Part shown: positions 60,703-64,000 of the stretch, one piece after another
How positions within the stretch are numbered: position 1 is the first letter of the stretch
Layout: each line of letters starts with the position of its first letter
Origin: Daphnia carinata
Lineage: Eukaryota
Assembly (NCBI RefSeq): GCF_022539665.2
Contig: NC_081334.1
Coordinates: 2,604,001-2,668,000 of the forward strand
Length of the DNA: 64,000 nucleotides
Direction of reading: 5' to 3'
Notes under the pieces: generated by a model
The model's input: the letters and a program-made list of their open reading frames with translations, nothing else
Told to the model about the DNA's origin: nothing
Databases searched by the model: none
Made by a program: the position numbers and the translations under genes

Positions 60703-63668
60703 CAATTTGCATAGATTAATAATAAAAATCAAATGATTAGTGACGAGACACATGCGCCAGAACAAAAATGGGATCATTACGTAATCATGATTTTGATTGT
60801 GATGATGATGGTAGTGGCGGCTGTGCTCGACGACCAGATCGGGCACGAGCGTTGGCCTGCTGGCACTGGAGGCGTTGGCATAAGCACTGCTGGCGGCCAC
60901 CCTGTTGGCGGCGGATCGATAGTCCTTGCCACCGCCGCCGCCGCCGCCGCCGCCGCTCATGGCCGGCGGCTTGCCGTTGAGCAGATCCCCGTGAGAATTG
61001 TACGACATCCGAGACATGTGCGATGTGTACGACGCCTGCCTCGAACCTATACGACAGTCATCCAAACCCCCCCACCCCACCCCAACAGATAAAAGAAACG
61101 TGTAGATTTTCATTTACATCATTTTGCGTTTGCTAATTAAATGAGCTCGTTACACACGCACACACGGCCATTTTGTGTGTGTGTGTGTGTGTTTTAAATC
61201 CAAAGTTATGCGAATTAAAGTTGCTATTAAGATTGCGTCCAACACACAGATGGTTCGGCATCTTTTTTTTTTTTTTTTATTCGGTGTGTGTGTGTGTGTG
61301 TGTGTGTGCCAAGTCTTAGCAATCAACTAAATAACCAGTTGGCCATTAGCGGTTTGGCCAGAGTCCAGCGTGGTGGGGGGTGGGGGGGAGCTACTGAACA
61401 ACTCAATTGAACGGTTGAGTTGATGAGTTGCGGCTCCGTTTTCTTTCGATGGCATCGTGCCGAAACACACCGAAAAAAAAAAAAATTAGGTTGCCACCGC
61501 TAATTGCCAAGCTTTCGTTACAACTATTTTGGCTTCCCACACACACACACACACACATAGCGCCCCACCATAGTCAAGTGGCCCGCAAGCTTCAACACAA
61601 ATCAATAGCCCCCGTATAGAGTAATATAGCGTCCCACAACAAGGGCATCTCATTAGTTATGTTCGCATATTAATTAAGATTTTCTTTTTTTTTTTTTTTT
61701 TCAAGCACAATAACAACACAATTTTTAAGGTAGGGTAGATAAAAAGCATTCTAGAAGGCAAAGAAAAAAATCCTTTCTTTTTTTTTTTTTTTTCAAAAGC
61801 CGCCGAACGTATAGGATTAGATGGTGGTTCGTTTTCATCCACTGGGCGTGTCAAAAAAAAAGCCAAGTATGAAGGAGTAGAATAAAGTTACCCCCCCCCT
61901 TCTCCTCCTCACCACTCATTTCTCTGGTAATCACTTGGTATTACTCAGTTACAGCCAGTGACGAATTGATTTCCCTTCGCACAGCAACGGTTCCCCAGTG
62001 TGTGTGTGTGTGTGTTACTACAGCAAGGAGACGTCTCTCAGAGTTTAGCTGTCGTGACATAAACCGCAATAGCAAGCTCAAACGATGTCAACGTATACAC
62101 CACAACCTCCAACCCCCCCCCCCCCCCTCACCATTTTTTTTTTTTTTTTGTTTTTTTTTTACTACTTACAAGCCCGAAATGTCTGGCTCAAATGACGGGC
62201 CATCGACACAAACACGCCAAGCTCGTCCATCATTATATTCCGGAAGGGGCTTGTGTTGGTAATAATAACATCACACACACACACACACACACAGAGAGCT
62301 CCTAGTGCAACTGTAATCATTGTCGTCATCACCCAATTTAGTTTGATGGTTTGACTTTGCTGCGTATAGAAATAAAAAATATCGATTGTTTTTTTGTTTG
62401 TTTTTTTCGTTTAAACCAATGTCATTATCCCTCACGCAGCGCCACAGCGGCCAGTATCGGTACTATCACTCACCGAGATTGTTGAGGCCGTAATGAGGTA
62501 CGACGATGGCGCCGTTGTCCTCGGACATGGGCGTGACGGCCGCCGAGTCGTCGGCGTACGGCAGGTGCTCTTGAGCGTCAAGGTAGGTGGAGAGGACGAG
62601 TGGTTTACGGTCGCCGCTACTGCTGTTGTTGTTGGCGCCGCCCACTCGCCGAGGCCCGTTTCGCCACGTAAACTGGTGACTACCCCTGGACGAGCGACGC
62701 ATGGCGAACGGCGATCCAGGTAAACTGAGACTCGCCTGCAAACCGGTAGAGCCTTTGTAATTTGCCTGTTCTCGTGTTCAGAAATTGAATCTTACTTTGC
62801 GGACACGGCCGTTGATTTTCATTCGCGAGTCGCTGACGTTGCCGCCTCCCAACAGGGAATCGACGTCATCCGACTTGATGCTCATCTTTTCGCGGATGCT
62901 GTAGTCACCGTCGGCTCCGCAACCGCCGTGACCGTTGCCACCAGCCGGACCGCCGGCCAAGGAGCTCCTACCGTCCGGCGGTGCTCCTTGGCCACCGACG
63001 AACATTTCGTAACTTTGACAAGAAAAGTCCGAAGGTGATTTGTTCATCCGGGCTTCGCGTTCTTCCTCCCGCGTCGCCGCCGCCGCTTCCGCTACCTGCA
63101 TCGCACACCGTACGCCACACAGTTTTTTTTTTGTTTTGTTTTAAATAAATCAATCAATTAAAGATGATGCGATTAAATACCCTGATGGCTTCCTCCTCCA
63201 AGAGAGCCGCTTCCTCCTCTTCCTCGGCCTTCTTCTGCAACTCATCGTACGACATGGCGACGATGGCCAAGATGAGATTGAGTAGATAGAATGAGCCGAG
63301 GAAGATGATGACGATGAAGAAGAGCATGTGCCACGGGCCGGCCGTCCTCAACACCAGCTGGTACAAGTTCTCCCAGTAGTCCTGCATCATCAGCCGGAAG
63401 GAGGAGAGCAGCGCCCAGCCGAAGCTGTCGAACGACGTGTAACCGTAGTTGGGGTTGTCGCCGTAACCCTGCAGGCACGTAAAGTTTTCCGGACACGGCC
63501 TGTTTCAAAAATTTAAATCATACATTTTTTTTTTATTTATTTATTTATTTTTATTTTTATTTTTTTTTTTTTTTTTTTTTGAGGACATTTAAAAGAAATA
63601 GGCTTACCCAGCGCCGGAGGAATTGCCGCAAAGAGGATAGTTGTCATTCTCGTCCTTATACCAATTGG
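48965..63668 (-). CDS. para: Voltage-gated sodium channel alpha subunit para/Nav1 (domain I pore loop to C-terminus; 5' end outside window)
   Basis: DEKA filter (QDYWE, GEWIE, FKGW, SAGWD), inactivation motif [14 protein letters not shown]4 arginine repeats, IQ motif [10 protein letters not shown]-terminus SRSTDV; many GT-AG exons. Confidence 0.97.
52783..52905 (-). CDS. para: para mutually exclusive exon l-type (domain III S3-S4), 123 nt
   Basis: [41 protein letters not shown], flanked by CAG / GTAAAC. Confidence 0.9.
53984..54106 (-). CDS. para: para mutually exclusive exon k-type (domain III S3-S4), 123 nt
   Basis: [41 protein letters not shown], flanked by TAG / GTAAGT; its frame is missing from the ORF track. 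Confidence 0.9.
55519..55601 (+). repeat. 83-nt G homopolymer inside para (domain II-III linker region)
   Basis: Direct count of uninterrupted G. Confidence 0.95.
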
Positions 63669-64000
63669 CTGTAATAACAATGATAAAAAGAAAAAAGAAA
63701 AACAAGTAAAAAATAAGAGCCGACATTAGAGCCCCTCTCTAGCCAGTAATAGGATTACAGCAGACGATATAGCTTGAGATAGTAGAGTAACAATAGATTC
63801 TCTTTTTTTTTGTGTGTGTTTTCTCAAGGATTGCAAAGTCTCGCTTAATTGAGGCGAGGGCTTTTCGCCGTCTCGGATTTCAAACATTTTCAGATTGGGG
63901 GGTGGCAGTCTCGTAATCAGACAAAAAGAAATCGTATCCTTTTGCCACGCTGTAATTAGGCGGAAAGAGAAAAATGGACTCACAAGAATTTGAAACAAAG

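Noticed and set aside
62170..62249. Extra para cassette exon ending in a perfect GTAAGT donor at 62169
   Set aside because: The available acceptors give 13 or 80 nt, which shift the frame or hit a stop.

Overview
Eukaryotic, gene-dense arthropod DNA with short (~55-80 nt) GT-AG introns. A branchiopod crustacean such as Daphnia is an inference from gene content and intron style, not a tested assignment. 1-5.2 kb is a compact housekeeping cluster: flower, a NEK6/7-like kinase, RPA12, mRpL53 plus a 64-aa membrane microprotein overlapping its stop codon (ATGA), and proteasome beta-7. It is followed by toutatis/BAZ2, MPP-alpha, PSMD5, two tandem double-domain catalytically dead serine-protease homologues and a C-type lectin. 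An accessory island at ~30.9-41.4 kb has no intact gene. It holds decayed spliced fragments, possible eroded terminal inverted repeats, two hairpin-chain modules, a divergent tRNA-like pair, a piggyBac-type MITE and a T-free compound satellite. Then come an SLC35A nucleotide-sugar transporter, ING3 and the 3' ~80% of the para/Nav1 sodium channel, with mutually exclusive exons, intronic hairpins and an 83-G run. The best leads are the ATGA-coupled bicistronic mRpL53/microprotein unit and the structured core of the accessory island. All exon boundaries and homologies were read by eye; no searches were run.
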